Under the pieces are notes generated by a model. That model was not told the DNA's origin. It did no database searches and was given only the letters and a program-made list of their open reading frames with translations. Of a stretch of DNA of 64,000 nucleotides, positions 52,590 to 64,000 are shown piece after piece. The position numbers were made by a program, and so were the translations under genes. How positions within the stretch are numbered: the stretch's first letter is position 1; each line of letters opens with the position of its first letter. Origin of the DNA: Ophelia neglecta (Eukaryota); NCBI GenBank assembly GCA_965285935.1, contig OZ260663.1, positions 56,544,001-56,608,000 on the forward strand, written 5' to 3'.

Positions 52590-52770
52590 ATGATAATTCA
52601 GGCCATACGGGAAGACGGTACCAAGAACCCTCAAACAGAAAGACTCTTCTCAAGATTCCTTTGAATGAAGGGAAAGATCGTTATCCCCTTGCTTTGGACA
52701 CATCTTTTCAATGATCTGAACAACCATGTTAGATTTTCTTCGGCAAATTGATAGCCTATTATTTTGCACT
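52590..52770 (-). mobile_element. Penelope-like element, GIY-YIG endonuclease C-terminal fragment
   Basis: Single frame with one stop: NMVVQIIEKMCPKQGDNDLSLHSKES*EESFCLRVLGTVFPYGLN, matching the Penelope tail V.IIE...RE.FWI..L.T..PYGLN. Confidence 0.75.
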
Positions 52771-53099
52771 TTTTTGAAATACTGCTTCTCTAGGGGCAAA
52801 CCCATATTTGTCCCCACACATCTTTCCTATTAATATAAATAAGTTTGGTAGCTGTTAGATATTTCTATTTGTGGTTAATCCCATTATCACATTGTCTTCT
52901 GACACTTTACACGTCTATGTAAGTATAAAGTAATTCAATCCTCAATAAATATCCACATACAATTTTCATTTGTACAGTGGAAAAACATTTCATCTAATGG
53001 TTCAGCTTTATTACTAAAAGGACAATTTGGGCGTCCGACTTTCCCATTTAAATGGGATATTTCCCACAAGGTTAAAAGGCATGGAGTATTTTCCATTGT

Positions 53100-53520
53100 A
53101 AAGATAATGATCTTAGCTCCCTAGTAAACAACTTTTGGAATTGTAAACGGATATAGACTCGGGGGGAAATGGAGTTGATAAACAATCCTCCCGGAAGACT
53201 TTGCGGGATTTGATATTTAGGCACGTGATATACACAATCCAACTGCCGGCGTTGGCTGACTCCAGAAAACTCAACAAAGCACACATAGAATAGTGCAGCA
53301 CACATATAAAAACGGGAGTGGATACCGTTCGGACCAAGCTAAATCATTAGTCAAGAATAATCCATCAAATCGAGCGAAGATCATGCGGAACCAGCAGCCA
53401 AAGCCCCACACACATCAATTAATCAATCTCCAAGCCCTATGGTGTAGGCTTTCTCATATAAATAGAGAGTCAATATGCGGTCGATGGCTTTCTTTTGGAC
53501 ATACAAAATTTAGTTTCTAA
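53100..53520 (+). mobile_element. Possible BEL/Pao LTR-retrotransposon pol remnant
   Basis: DLSSLVNNFWN, YTIQLP, LADSR and HAEP in BEL-like order; weak. Confidence 0.25.
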
Positions 53521-53879
53521 TTGCCGTTGGTTTAACACCTACGCAGTAGATGACTGCAATGGATTTCAATAATCAGTTTCGCAAATCTAAGGGCTAGGGG
53601 ACATGTTCATCTGCTTCATACTGATATTACATCTTATGTCGCAGATGCACGTGTTAAGTTTAAAAAAAACGTGACTGGTTCAATTTGCTTAGTTGATATC
53701 TTACTGCACAGTCGAGGAGATTTAATACCATTTCATCTTTAATATATATAAACATCATTCTCTTGTCACCTGTCTACTGGAGTCTCTGTTTTCGCTATCC
53801 TCCGGGAGAACAAAAGAAACCCATACCATGCCCGCAGTGGCACGCGGCAACCGGTGTTCGTCAAGGCGGCATTTCCAGG

Positions 53880-54240
53880 CAACGCTAGGCTTAATGGACT
53901 TATCCCAATAAATGATTTAGCAGTGTCTGCCATGTATCAACTCCCGTTTACCCCCAGGTCTTTACATGTTTCTCTGAACATTCAGCATCGTGCCAGAAAC
54001 TATAGACCGGTGATATTAAAAGCGTTTGGTGCGTTCCCAAGACAAGAATCTCTGTTTTATCCATATCTAATTTTAAGAAGATGTGTTGAATCCTGTACTT
54101 TTTTTCGCAGAGGCATTCCTCTGCATACAAGATCTAGCCTATAACATGATCGGGAGGTATAACTTTCACAGTAACATAGATAGGAGTGTCATCGGCGTGC
54201 CTTTGGAGACGAAACCAGAGGTTATTTGTCGTATTTTTCT
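53880..54240 (-). mobile_element. L2-group LINE reverse transcriptase fragment
   Basis: HADDTPIYVT (YADD motif, ~54199-54170), then EECLCEKKYRIQHIFLKLDMDKTEILVLGT and VKTWG (ORF 53948-54130), matching LE.CL..IK.WM..NFLKLN.DKTE.LV.GT...VKNLG. Confidence 0.85.
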
Positions 54241-55559
54241 TAAATCATGCAATCCGCTGTGACGTCATATGATGAAGGCAGAACGTTATCATAAAAACTA
54301 TTTACCATAAAGGAGATATATTTATCTCAAATCCTGTACCAGAAACTAATTTAAGGCCTACATAATTTCGTGTCCTTTAAATCTTTATCATAATTATAAA
54401 CACGATTCTGTTCTAGAATCTGGCAAAGCGCGCCAGAACTCCTGCAACGTCACAGGCCCTTGGCGTCATTTCGTGGTGCGGCAAGCAATGGTTGCAACGT
54501 TTACCCTTTTGTCCTCTGTCCGGAACCAGTATGTTGTGGCCGGAAACAAACCCAGTTCAAAATTTGATAGTATACAAGTCCAAATATGAGTTGACACTCT
54601 ACAGGCTTCTTCTACATATTTCATACGCATTCATATTAGCTACAATCAATATTAAATGGTTTATCATGTTCAATAACACAATGAAATTGCTAATTGGGTA
54701 AAGTAAATTCCTTTTCTAGCGCGACATTATTCAACTAAATATTCATCTATTAACACAAGTGTCGGGAACTGTGAAAGAATTGTTGGCTGCTTGCTCGAAT
54801 GGAAACTTTTCACATGTGACCCAGCGCTTTCCCCTTTCTTTGCTGTACAAAGGATGCGTTTCAATGACTTCTTTAACGAACTACCTGGTACTTCGTTTTC
54901 AAAGTTTGTCCGTTATTTACAGTATATTGCCTTGAAGTGTTAAAACTTCTACTAGTTAGTAGTCAGGTATCAGGTATTGCCCTGAATTGAAGTGTTAGAC
55001 ATCAACTGCACCAATGTAATGTGTAATCGGGCATGTCCATGTTAAACTCATCTAGGATGTCCGAGCAAGACTGACGTGTATATACTCTCCAACTTAAACA
55101 CTAAAAGAAAATATTTGCAAAAAAATAATAATTTCCAATAAACGAATAACACGGCTAGGTAGTCTCTTCTGAGCTAATATGCTTTTTAAATTGGTAACAA
55201 TTGGTTAGTATGAAACGTAGCCAAATGATGCAAAATTACTGAGACACGCCGGCTTTAAACAATAATGGGTACTTGTCTTCTCACATTGTGCAGTTTGGCA
55301 CATACATCACAGATATTATGATTAAGTACATAGCACTGTGTGGCAGTAATGTTTCCACTCGAGGATTATTAAGAACATGTACATTTTAGGGAAGCCACAG
55401 ATGGACCAGTATGTCGCAGACAACAAACACCAAGAAACTAGATTTGAAACACTTTGCATCGTTAGTCAATGTAATTGTATGCGTCCTAGGTACATCTTAA
55501 ATTTCCTTAGTAGCCGACCGAATGTTCCGTCCAGATTAATGAGGAAACTTCCAGGTTTA

Positions 55560-55790
55560 TGAGTTGTACGTCGTGGTTCGACCATTCACTGCCTTGAGAA
55601 CTGACTACGGAATCGCCGTGACACTGGCTGTACGTGTTGCAGCTCAGGAAACCTATCTTCTCCACGTAGAAGGAGTATGAAGAGGCTCGTGCTTGAATTA
55701 CTGTAGGTGTTTGTTCCAAGATTCCAGCATTCCTATACGGAGGCCATATGTTCGCTGCGGCATGTAGTTACACGTAAGACCATGCGACGT
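55560..55790 (-). mobile_element. Decayed CR1-like RT C-terminal fragment
   Basis: LHAAANIWPPY...LEQ...IQARA...YVEKIGFLSCNT, like LEYA..VW.P...LE.IQ.RA...Y.ERL..L.L.TL. Confidence 0.35.
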
Positions 55791-58700
55791 GAGGTCAGGT
55801 CCACTTTTTTTTATCATGCCATGGATGGACGTCTGCTGCGACAGTCGCCATTTTGATGTCAGTCAAGAACCTTCATTGTCATATGGAAATACATTTTTAA
55901 AACTAAATCGACACTGACGATTCGATTATTTATTTTTCCTCGGTTCGTATAACCACCCTATAGGGCCGGAGAAATAGCGCCTTTTGGTGAAATGGTAACA
56001 GTTCGGCTTGCCAAGTAGAGGGCAGATGGATTGCGGCAAGAGCCCACATTGGCAAAGTAAATATCATTTAAAGCATAGAGCTGCCCTAGAAACCAAGTAA
56101 ATTGGGTAACCTAGAGGTAACGTCATGTCACTGAGGGCTACAGATAAAACCAACAACAAACTAATCTACCATTCAGTCAAACCTGTTGAAAACAAAATTG
56201 TCCGCCGAAGTGGAAATATTCTTGGATAATTGAATAAAAGAAATGCCATTGATGTTTGACGAGTAACCTCGGCGTTTGAAAGTCCCGAGAAATCAATCAA
56301 AAGAACCCAGCTATATAGCTGTTATGTGCAAGATGAATGTCTGGCCAAATACTAAGCCGTCGTGAAAGCGGGTAGGAGAAGAAAACATGATGTAGAAAAC
56401 AGAAAGAACTACACGAAAAATCAAAGGAATGAAACAGGTTTGATCACCCAAAATAAAATGGTTATGAAATAAAAACGAGTCATCTAGGTACTTCGTAAAT
56501 TTTGTAACAATTAAGGACCTTTTTTGGAAATTTTGCAAAAAATTATCTTTGGTAGAGAAATCCATGTTTATTTGGCAAAAAGTTAACATATATAATGGTC
56601 TAGTGAACACGTTGGAAGTATCGCTTCCATATAGAGCAGAACCACATATTATTTAGCAAACCTTTGACAAAGCCCTGATAGAAATAAAGGTATCATTAGA
56701 TATTGTAAATACAGAAACCCAAAAATTTAACTGATAAATGTACATCATTCATTCACTAGTTATGGGAGAGTTCAGATCGTGGCCATGACCAATATTTTAA
56801 AAATCACCTTACGCACGTAGAACCTGTCAATCTTGAGAAGGGTTTTTCAATATAAATAATAAAAATAATCCCTGGAATATCTTGCTCGTCTCTATCTTTA
56901 GTAATATATTAGTTTTTATGTCTTCTCCAATATGTCTATTCTTCATAAATCCAGTCTGTTTGTATGAATGACAGTTGACAGATCAAACTTAAACCGGTAT
57001 GTTAGTCTTGTACGGCACCTTATATACACAACACACAAAATAGATAAAGGTCGCCATTTTTTCTTAAGGGAAACATGTTTGTCTTTTTTGGGGGGAGAGC
57101 AATGTGATTAAAACCTGACTTTGAGTGGGAATTTTCTATTTCTGAAACAAGAATTGTGTGCATATGTTAGATAGGGGCTGTATCATGCCACTCATCTTGT
57201 AAGTTTTTGTATATAGTAAACCATCTATTGCTGTCGTTTTGCCTTTTCTCATATAAAAGCTTTAAAGATTTTCCTACTTGATACTTGGGTATTAACCCTT
57301 CACATGACCCTCTAGAAGTATTTTTTCCTTTGTAAACCTGACTTCTGATGCCATATTGATGTTGGGAATTTTATCTTGGCATATATCTAATTGTTCAGAT
57401 ATACATTTTTGAATGTATCGCATTTGGCACCTTTTCTACGGCATCCATTTGCTTTCCATCTCGTATTTGTTGAGCCATCTCAAATTTGTATTGGGATGCC
57501 GCATTTTTTCCAGTTTCTGACTGGCTTTGCCGATCTTCCGACTATCCTTAATGTCATTATGTCTTCCTATAAATTCTGCTTTTCGAAAGTCAGCTGATTA
57601 CGTTCATGATCTATTTAATCTGCGAATCATCCATGTTTAATATCCTCCTAAAAATACCCTAAACTACTAGAATCAATTAATCCAGCACTTCACTAAATAA
57701 AAGACACCCCTATGGCATATTTCATCACCGGCCTGTCTGGCATACTGGTTCGGTTGTTTTATGGCTTGGCTCAGATCACGGAAACCTACAACTACAACTC
57801 ATTTCAAATTATGTAACTTAAGCATGATTGATTCCTTTGCAATTCCATTTAGTGTTAGGGAACTTGGGATATATATTTGTGGGGCTACGATGAATTTCGA
57901 CCGATTAAATGGACCAAAAATGTGTGTGTATTTTTCAACCTTAAACCTGCAATAATTTCTCCATAGAAAACTTTATTACTATTGTGGAATAGTTTAATGA
58001 ATCGGTTAGAAATCGTCAGGAAGCAACCTCCAACACCATAAGAATAAGTAACCTTGTAAAACAATAGATAAGGATAAACTAAAATTGCCATCACTTGAAA
58101 TGAGAAGTAGTCAATAGTTTCCTATGATGCTAGCCAGAGCACAAAGGAACAGAGACAGTGATCAGAGTAGGGCAGAGATAGAAGTGCCCTATATACATGT
58201 ATTATTGACTAAACCCTCCAATAATTGTGATACTGAAAACAACAAAATCTGAGGGCTAAACACTTTAAGTTACTGAGCTTTTATGTTCATTTACAAATGT
58301 CTGCTGATGTAAAAAATGCAGCAATAACTCAGACATAACTTAGTATTCGGTTTTGGAAGTTGTATGGCTCGGATAGTTAAATGAATCAGGCAATGGATAA
58401 ATTATGATTTTTTGCCGCTAGGTATAATACTTAACACTGTTTATGAGGAAGCCAGTTGGCTTTTACGATGGGCTGTTATTGAATTTTGTTTATTATTATA
58501 TTGATCAATTATGTGCTTCGGTGTCATGCGAATCATGTAATTATAAAACGTTAAAAAAATGAACACAATTAAAGTTCACATAATCAACTTATGATAGTCA
58601 AAGACATATTGTCCTCGGTAATATAAACACATGCGGGCAATATATAAATGTCTGCCATAAGCTATATGTATCACACAAGGGATGTTGCAAGTAATCAAAT

Positions 58701-58849
58701 GATAACTTAAAAGACATGCCACGTTGTACCCTTATTCCAACTCCATGTGGTGATATATTGATAGGCTCTGCAGGCATGCCTTCACCGTCCTGGCGACTGC
58801 TCGCGACTGCTCGGGCTCAAGTCGTCTGTCCAGCCACGTGAAGGAATGA

Positions 58850-59420
58850 ATTAACTTCAGAAAATCCCAACGTATGCCAACAGCATGATTAAGGATAAAT
58901 CAATCATGCCTGTCGAAATTAAACATTTGCCTAGGTTGTAATATTCGTGGAGATCAGAATAAAAGATATGCTGGTGCTGTCTGCTTTTTGAGCTAGGCGT
59001 TAGAATTGTCTCTAGAAATCACTAAACATGATCCATATCCAGAGGACAAAAACTTAAAACTGTTGTTGAAGCCGATTAGGGGAGATTCATAACTAATGTC
59101 GAAAATAGAATGCATTACAATGAAAATTCAAACGACAGACAGAATTATTCAAATGTGCATATCAACGGCTTGCTAGGAGCTAGTTTGGAGTAAATTTCTG
59201 GTATGGGGCTTCACATATATTATCTGTGTAATCGCACTTGATACCACTAGCTCATCAGGTACATATGAACAATTATAGTCCAACAAACAAGGCGTGTCGT
59301 CATCAAGACTCTCAGTAAGACAGCCTGGCTGTCGGAGAGCGGGGCTTCTGCGTCGAGTATTGATATCAAAAGTACTAAGTTGCACTTGTACTTAGAAATA
59401 AAGAGGACATTGCCCACTAC
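58850..59420 (-). mobile_element. Decayed CR1-like APE endonuclease fragment
   Basis: CLTESLDDDTP...IIYVKPH (ORF 59173-59385), later YNL...MIDL (~58935-58895). Confidence 0.4.
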
Positions 59421-60513
59421 AACACATCGGCTTCCATGTCCCAAGTGAACCTTAGACGATAGGAACCGGCGCCAAATCTAATCTTAATAGGGTTAGGCAG
59501 GAGGAGCAATACCAGACAATTATTTACTGAGCAGTAAACGAGAAGAGAACGAAGTTCGCTATTGTATTCTTTATATTGGCCCCAAATCCCAAGACAAATA
59601 TGGCTATGGAACTTGATTTAAGGCGACAATTTTGGCATAATTAAGTTTGACATTCGGCTAAAGGCAAGCGGCACCGTGTACTGGGTAAAATATCTGTCCA
59701 ATTGATTTCGATAGGCTAACGAAGCTAGAAATGCCATATATAGAGGCAGCAATACGATAAAAAGAGAATTTCCTAAATAGAAGGATCGTGGTCTAACAAC
59801 TGGCAGTAATCTCCATAAAACTGAAATTAAGCCACAAACTCATAAGTTAACTCACTACAAATCAGGTTTAAACTAGCAGAACTCTAATTCCAATGGTCTT
59901 TGTTTGTGAATAAGTTGTAGTCATTTTATAATTGGGCATTTCGGCGTTTCCAGATCACTGATTTATCGAAACACCTACAGAAATCCAGTGGCATGCAGTA
60001 GGGTGGTGAATAAAATGGTTGACCTGTTACACAACACTTGGTGAGACTTTTCCAGCGTCCTTGTACCGAATAAGCAATGTGAAAATCCAGGTCACGAAAA
60101 CAATATAGGCCTGTTAACCTGCTTCATGGTGGATTTGCCTCCCTTTAATCATATTAATGGTCTATTTATGCCATAGTTAGTGTTCATGTCTTCGGAAGCA
60201 TGTACTATGATACCGCGCAGTAAAATTTTGTTATGGTCAGGGTTATTTGGTCCGAGAGTGAAGAGGTTTTACTTACAGGCCGATCTTGAAAACCTTACAT
60301 TAATAATCTAGAAATAAGGAACCTTATATACTCTCACTGTCAATTGAACAGTTTCGGTCAGTGCTATCTTAGCTTTTCCCAAGAGATGCATGTGCTTTCA
60401 GAGTCTTCTTGGTCATCTACTCATACCTACAAAAATTTCTGTTTTATAAATAGAAATCTCTTTTTTCTGCTTTTGATAAAGATGATGCTAATCTAAGCGA
60501 TCACACACCACTG

Positions 60514-61081
60514 CCCGAGGGTTTGAATATACGCCTATGGACTTGATCAGACGTTCCAAATCCAGTTGTTCAGTTGGATAGTCTTGTCAGAACAGCAGGC
60601 TTAAAATGTCAGATCAGACGAAATTACCTACAAACGACTTGAAGGTGAAAATAGATTCCACCATAAATCGTTATACTAGTATAATGCGAGAACTCATCCA
60701 AACATTTTGCATACACGCGTGCACCTGTAGGTTTTGAAACCATACCCTTAGCTAGGGAAAAATACCATTGGATAGGGAAATCTAACAGAAAACGTAGCTT
60801 TGGCTAGGGAAATCTGACAAAAACAACTTGCTGGGAAAGGATTTTGAAAAAGCCCATTTTTCATGCCCAAAATAACACCTAGTACAAAAGAGAACAGACA
60901 TTGCTCCTTCATACATTATGATACTGAAAATGACGCCCTAAGACAACTGATTATTAGCTAGAGAGATGTGACAAAAACTCCGACCCTTCACAAGGGACAT
61001 TTGCGTAGAAAAACGACCGCATCCGTATCCAGCAAAACACTTATAGTACGGCCAACAAATGACCCCCCCCCCCGCCCTGGG
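60514..61081. mobile_element. Probable non-autonomous DNA element with CCC...GGG ends and internal TAGGGAAA repeats
   Basis: Starts cccgaggg and ends with a poly-C run followed by gccctggg; three tagggaaa units at 60753-60812. Confidence 0.4.
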
Positions 61082-64000
61082 CCTGGTGCAAATGAGAGCA
61101 AAGCTCATCGCGACCTGTGTGACCCTATGTGACCCTATGAAATCCAACATGAACAGTTGTTTAGTCAAACTATAATAGAAGCTATAGGTGTTATTATTCG
61201 TCGTTTTCCGTCGGTTTTACATTTCCATTCTTTTCTAGTGCCAGTGCGCGTGTCGTGTGCGGTCACATGATTACCCGCTCAGCTCCTGTTCATAAGATCC
61301 CTAAGGACGTTAGCACAATCTTAGCCAACGGAGTTCACCACAGGGCAATAACTCAAATTATTAGGCGGTGGACTCAAGTGGGAAAGGTTGCACACCAGCT
61401 AATTTTATTACGTCATTGGCTTATACTGGTATAAACCGAAGCTAGAACGATCAACATCAATATCAGTCTCAAATATTTACTTAATATATAACCTTTCGTG
61501 GAAGGATATGACTGATATGGGATATTATAAATTGGCGCCATTAGCGGCCACCTGTCCATGTTAGCTCCTACAGCGGTGAGGTGTTCTGGCACTATAGGCA
61601 TCATCAACGGTGTCTTAACTATTTTTATCCTCACATCATCTCGCTTTTATTTTGGCCATTTACGCATAAGCAAAGAGCAGTCATTTAAGATGAATTTTCC
61701 TAATTATTATTTTGTCTAAAAATGACGTTGCACTAATTCATGCAATAGCAAGTCACCAAATAGCCACACTCACTACAACTGCATGGTTTAAAATCACATC
61801 GCACAGCTTAGTGAGCTAGAAAAAAAAGCTTTTCCTCATTTTTATCTGAAAAGTTCCTGGTGGACTAGACCCGAGTCCGAACTGATATTAATTCTCTTTC
61901 CTTGTCCGTTTTATTTATTATAAAAACAATCTAGTCAATGTTCAGTTAAAGCAAAATCTACTGAACTATTTCTTTTCATATTTCACCCTGTTTATTTCAG
62001 ATTTTTTGGACCAGTTCAAATTGACTCTGGAAAATAGAAGAATTATGCCACTTTCTGAAAATCGGCGTCTAAAAACAGGGTTGGATACTCCACACACAGA
62101 AGAAAATCATTAATGAAAGAATGGTTCATTAAAACAGTCAATATTTTCAGTAAACAACAGCCATTAATATATAAAGTCTATTCAGTAGTGCATTATTATA
62201 TATAGTGCAATGTTAATTATGTAAATGGAACCAGTCGCGCATTGTTGTGACTGAACAATTGTGGAGCAGAATGTTGCATCAAATCTTCAAATTGGACGAC
62301 AATATAGCTCTTGATCTCTCTCTGCTAGGCGTTTTACAATGACCACGCCAAGACACTGTCCTCTATTTGCAATTATGTATATAAGAAAACATTTATATCA
62401 AAAAAATCCTGCAGTATCAAACATAATAAGAACATAATGGACAATTTGTCGCTCTCACATCTGCGGAAATCTGACCAATTCCATTCAAAGTTTTCTATTC
62501 CTGGAGTCAAATATTATAGTGCGTAGAAAATTGAGCTGTTTCGTGTGGAAGCCGCAAGTATATGGCTCTGTGGTATAGCCAATTCTTTTTTTTTCTTCCA
62601 AGCAACAAAAAGCGTATCAAGCTTTCCTTCATGAGAAGACGTTATGGTAAAAATCATGGCGAAGAAGCGAGATCATGGCGATTTTGATTACAGCATTACT
62701 CGAGTGATACAAAAGCACCAGGCGAAGAAATGATAGAAATCTATACACAATTACTGAAGCGAAATATGGCTAGAAATAGACAGCTACAAAGGAACTCATG
62801 CATCGAACAACGAAATATTTGTTGATTAAAAAAAAACATTTGGTCAATTGCTTTCCGGGAAACTTGACATGCCTGTGATCTGCAGAAAAGTTTTATATTC
62901 GAGACGAATTGAAACGATGTTGAAGAACATGGGAAAGATGCCTGAAACTGATTCTCTTGAGAAATAAGCTGTGTTCAGACTGACAGAACTCGAGGAGGTC
63001 GACATAGCGAAAATGTGTTAATGTGTTGATCAGGTTTCTTCGTTTCATGTGCAAATGGTGTCAGACCAGTTACCACATTGTTCTCTTTTCTCTGTAGATC
63101 TTACTTAGCGAAAACATTGTTTATGTAGAAGCGACGTTTCAACGCCTAATCTACATCTAAAAGCTCTGTAAATCGATGCACTTTTCACCAGGGTGAGAAC
63201 TGAAGCATGGATGGCATTACGTGACTAGACAGAACAATGTACACAGAAATGAGATCTGTAACGCTCAATTGCTTAAGCCCATTTTGGCTATATGGTTAAA
63301 CAAACATTCATCCGCAATGCTAGTCCAGAACGTTATATGAAGGAAATAACAATAAAATATACAATAAAAAAAATTAACTAAGCAATATATTTCTAGCTTA
63401 TTAACTAAACATATTAATGAAGCAAAATATATACATTTGGAATATATGAGACAAGGGTTGACGGTTCTGGAATGTGAAGGTATCCACTCCATTTGTTAAG
63501 ACTTTTTTTTTTGACATTTAAACGCTAAGCTTGAATTATTAATCTTAACCTGTAGTAAAACGTTGAAAATAGGCAAAACATTTGAGAATGTTTCATAATA
63601 TGTCCGTCTGATTTTTTTAAAACCTCCAACATTTCCAAAAAACTGTAAAGGATATGATAAGTACAATGACATTTGAAATTCATAGAAAACCAAAGCTCAA
63701 TTCAGATGGGATGAGCACATTAATTGAACACCGACAAAATCATGTCATTGTTCTTTTCCTTGAATAAACGGTACTGGTTTAAATGCCAGGAGCACAATTG
63801 CGCATTAAATAAATGAATATTAGTATATTGTGGCGAAGGAAGAAGGGTGTATTAACCGATTTAGGTCACGACAAGGCTTCCCGCTTATTTCCTCAATATT
63901 GACATCCTCAAATATGGATGACATCCAATTTTTTCTGATCTCTACTTACTCAAGACTGTTGTGGTCACCACTTTTAAAGTCAAAAAAAGCCGTTTATATC

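Noticed and set aside
55975-56115. tRNA-like heads here and at about 9385-9460 and 37985-38030
   Set aside because: No cloverleaf or intact B box; at most very decayed SINEs, so not called as tRNA.
12099-59966. Scattered Pbx-Hox-type TGATTTAT/TGATTGAT words
   Set aside because: The number seen is about what AT-rich composition predicts.
1-64000. CRISPR array, operon or prokaryotic defence system
   Set aside because: No regularly spaced repeat-spacer array and no long ORFs; the sequence is eukaryotic non-coding DNA.

Overview
AT-rich (roughly 36-38% GC, judged by eye) eukaryotic DNA with one 167-bp assembly gap. It is most likely from a marine invertebrate, with echinoderm-like signatures (long poly-G/poly-C runs, frequent TAGGCCTA, CTCF-type motif); the taxon is inference. 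I find no intact protein-coding gene, tRNA, rRNA or CRISPR array. The listed ORFs are short, and those I can place are fragments of decayed transposons. The window is a transposon graveyard interleaved with unique non-coding blocks. Supported elements: (1) a diverged ~2-kb direct duplication (1-1890 vs ~5890-8130) that keeps splice-acceptor-like sites and an ACTCGA minisatellite, and resembles a decayed intron-containing MULE-like transposase; (2) a DIRS1-type tyrosine-recombinase retrotransposon relic lying between those copies; (3) many CR1/L2/I-group LINE endonuclease and RT relics, one interrupted by an antisense retroposon 3' tail; (4) a Penelope GIY-YIG fragment; (5) a second tyrosine-recombinase fragment; (6) several MITEs, two of them present twice. 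The unique blocks carry clustered homeodomain, TCF, CRE and nuclear-receptor-type motifs plus one strong CTCF motif, compatible with a gene desert or large intron near a developmental gene. I cannot support a new biological system here. The best leads are the duplicated MULE-like relic, the foldback MITE carrying CRE/CCAAT motifs, and the TA-bounded palindrome enrichment. All family calls come from manual translation and remembered motifs, not database searches.
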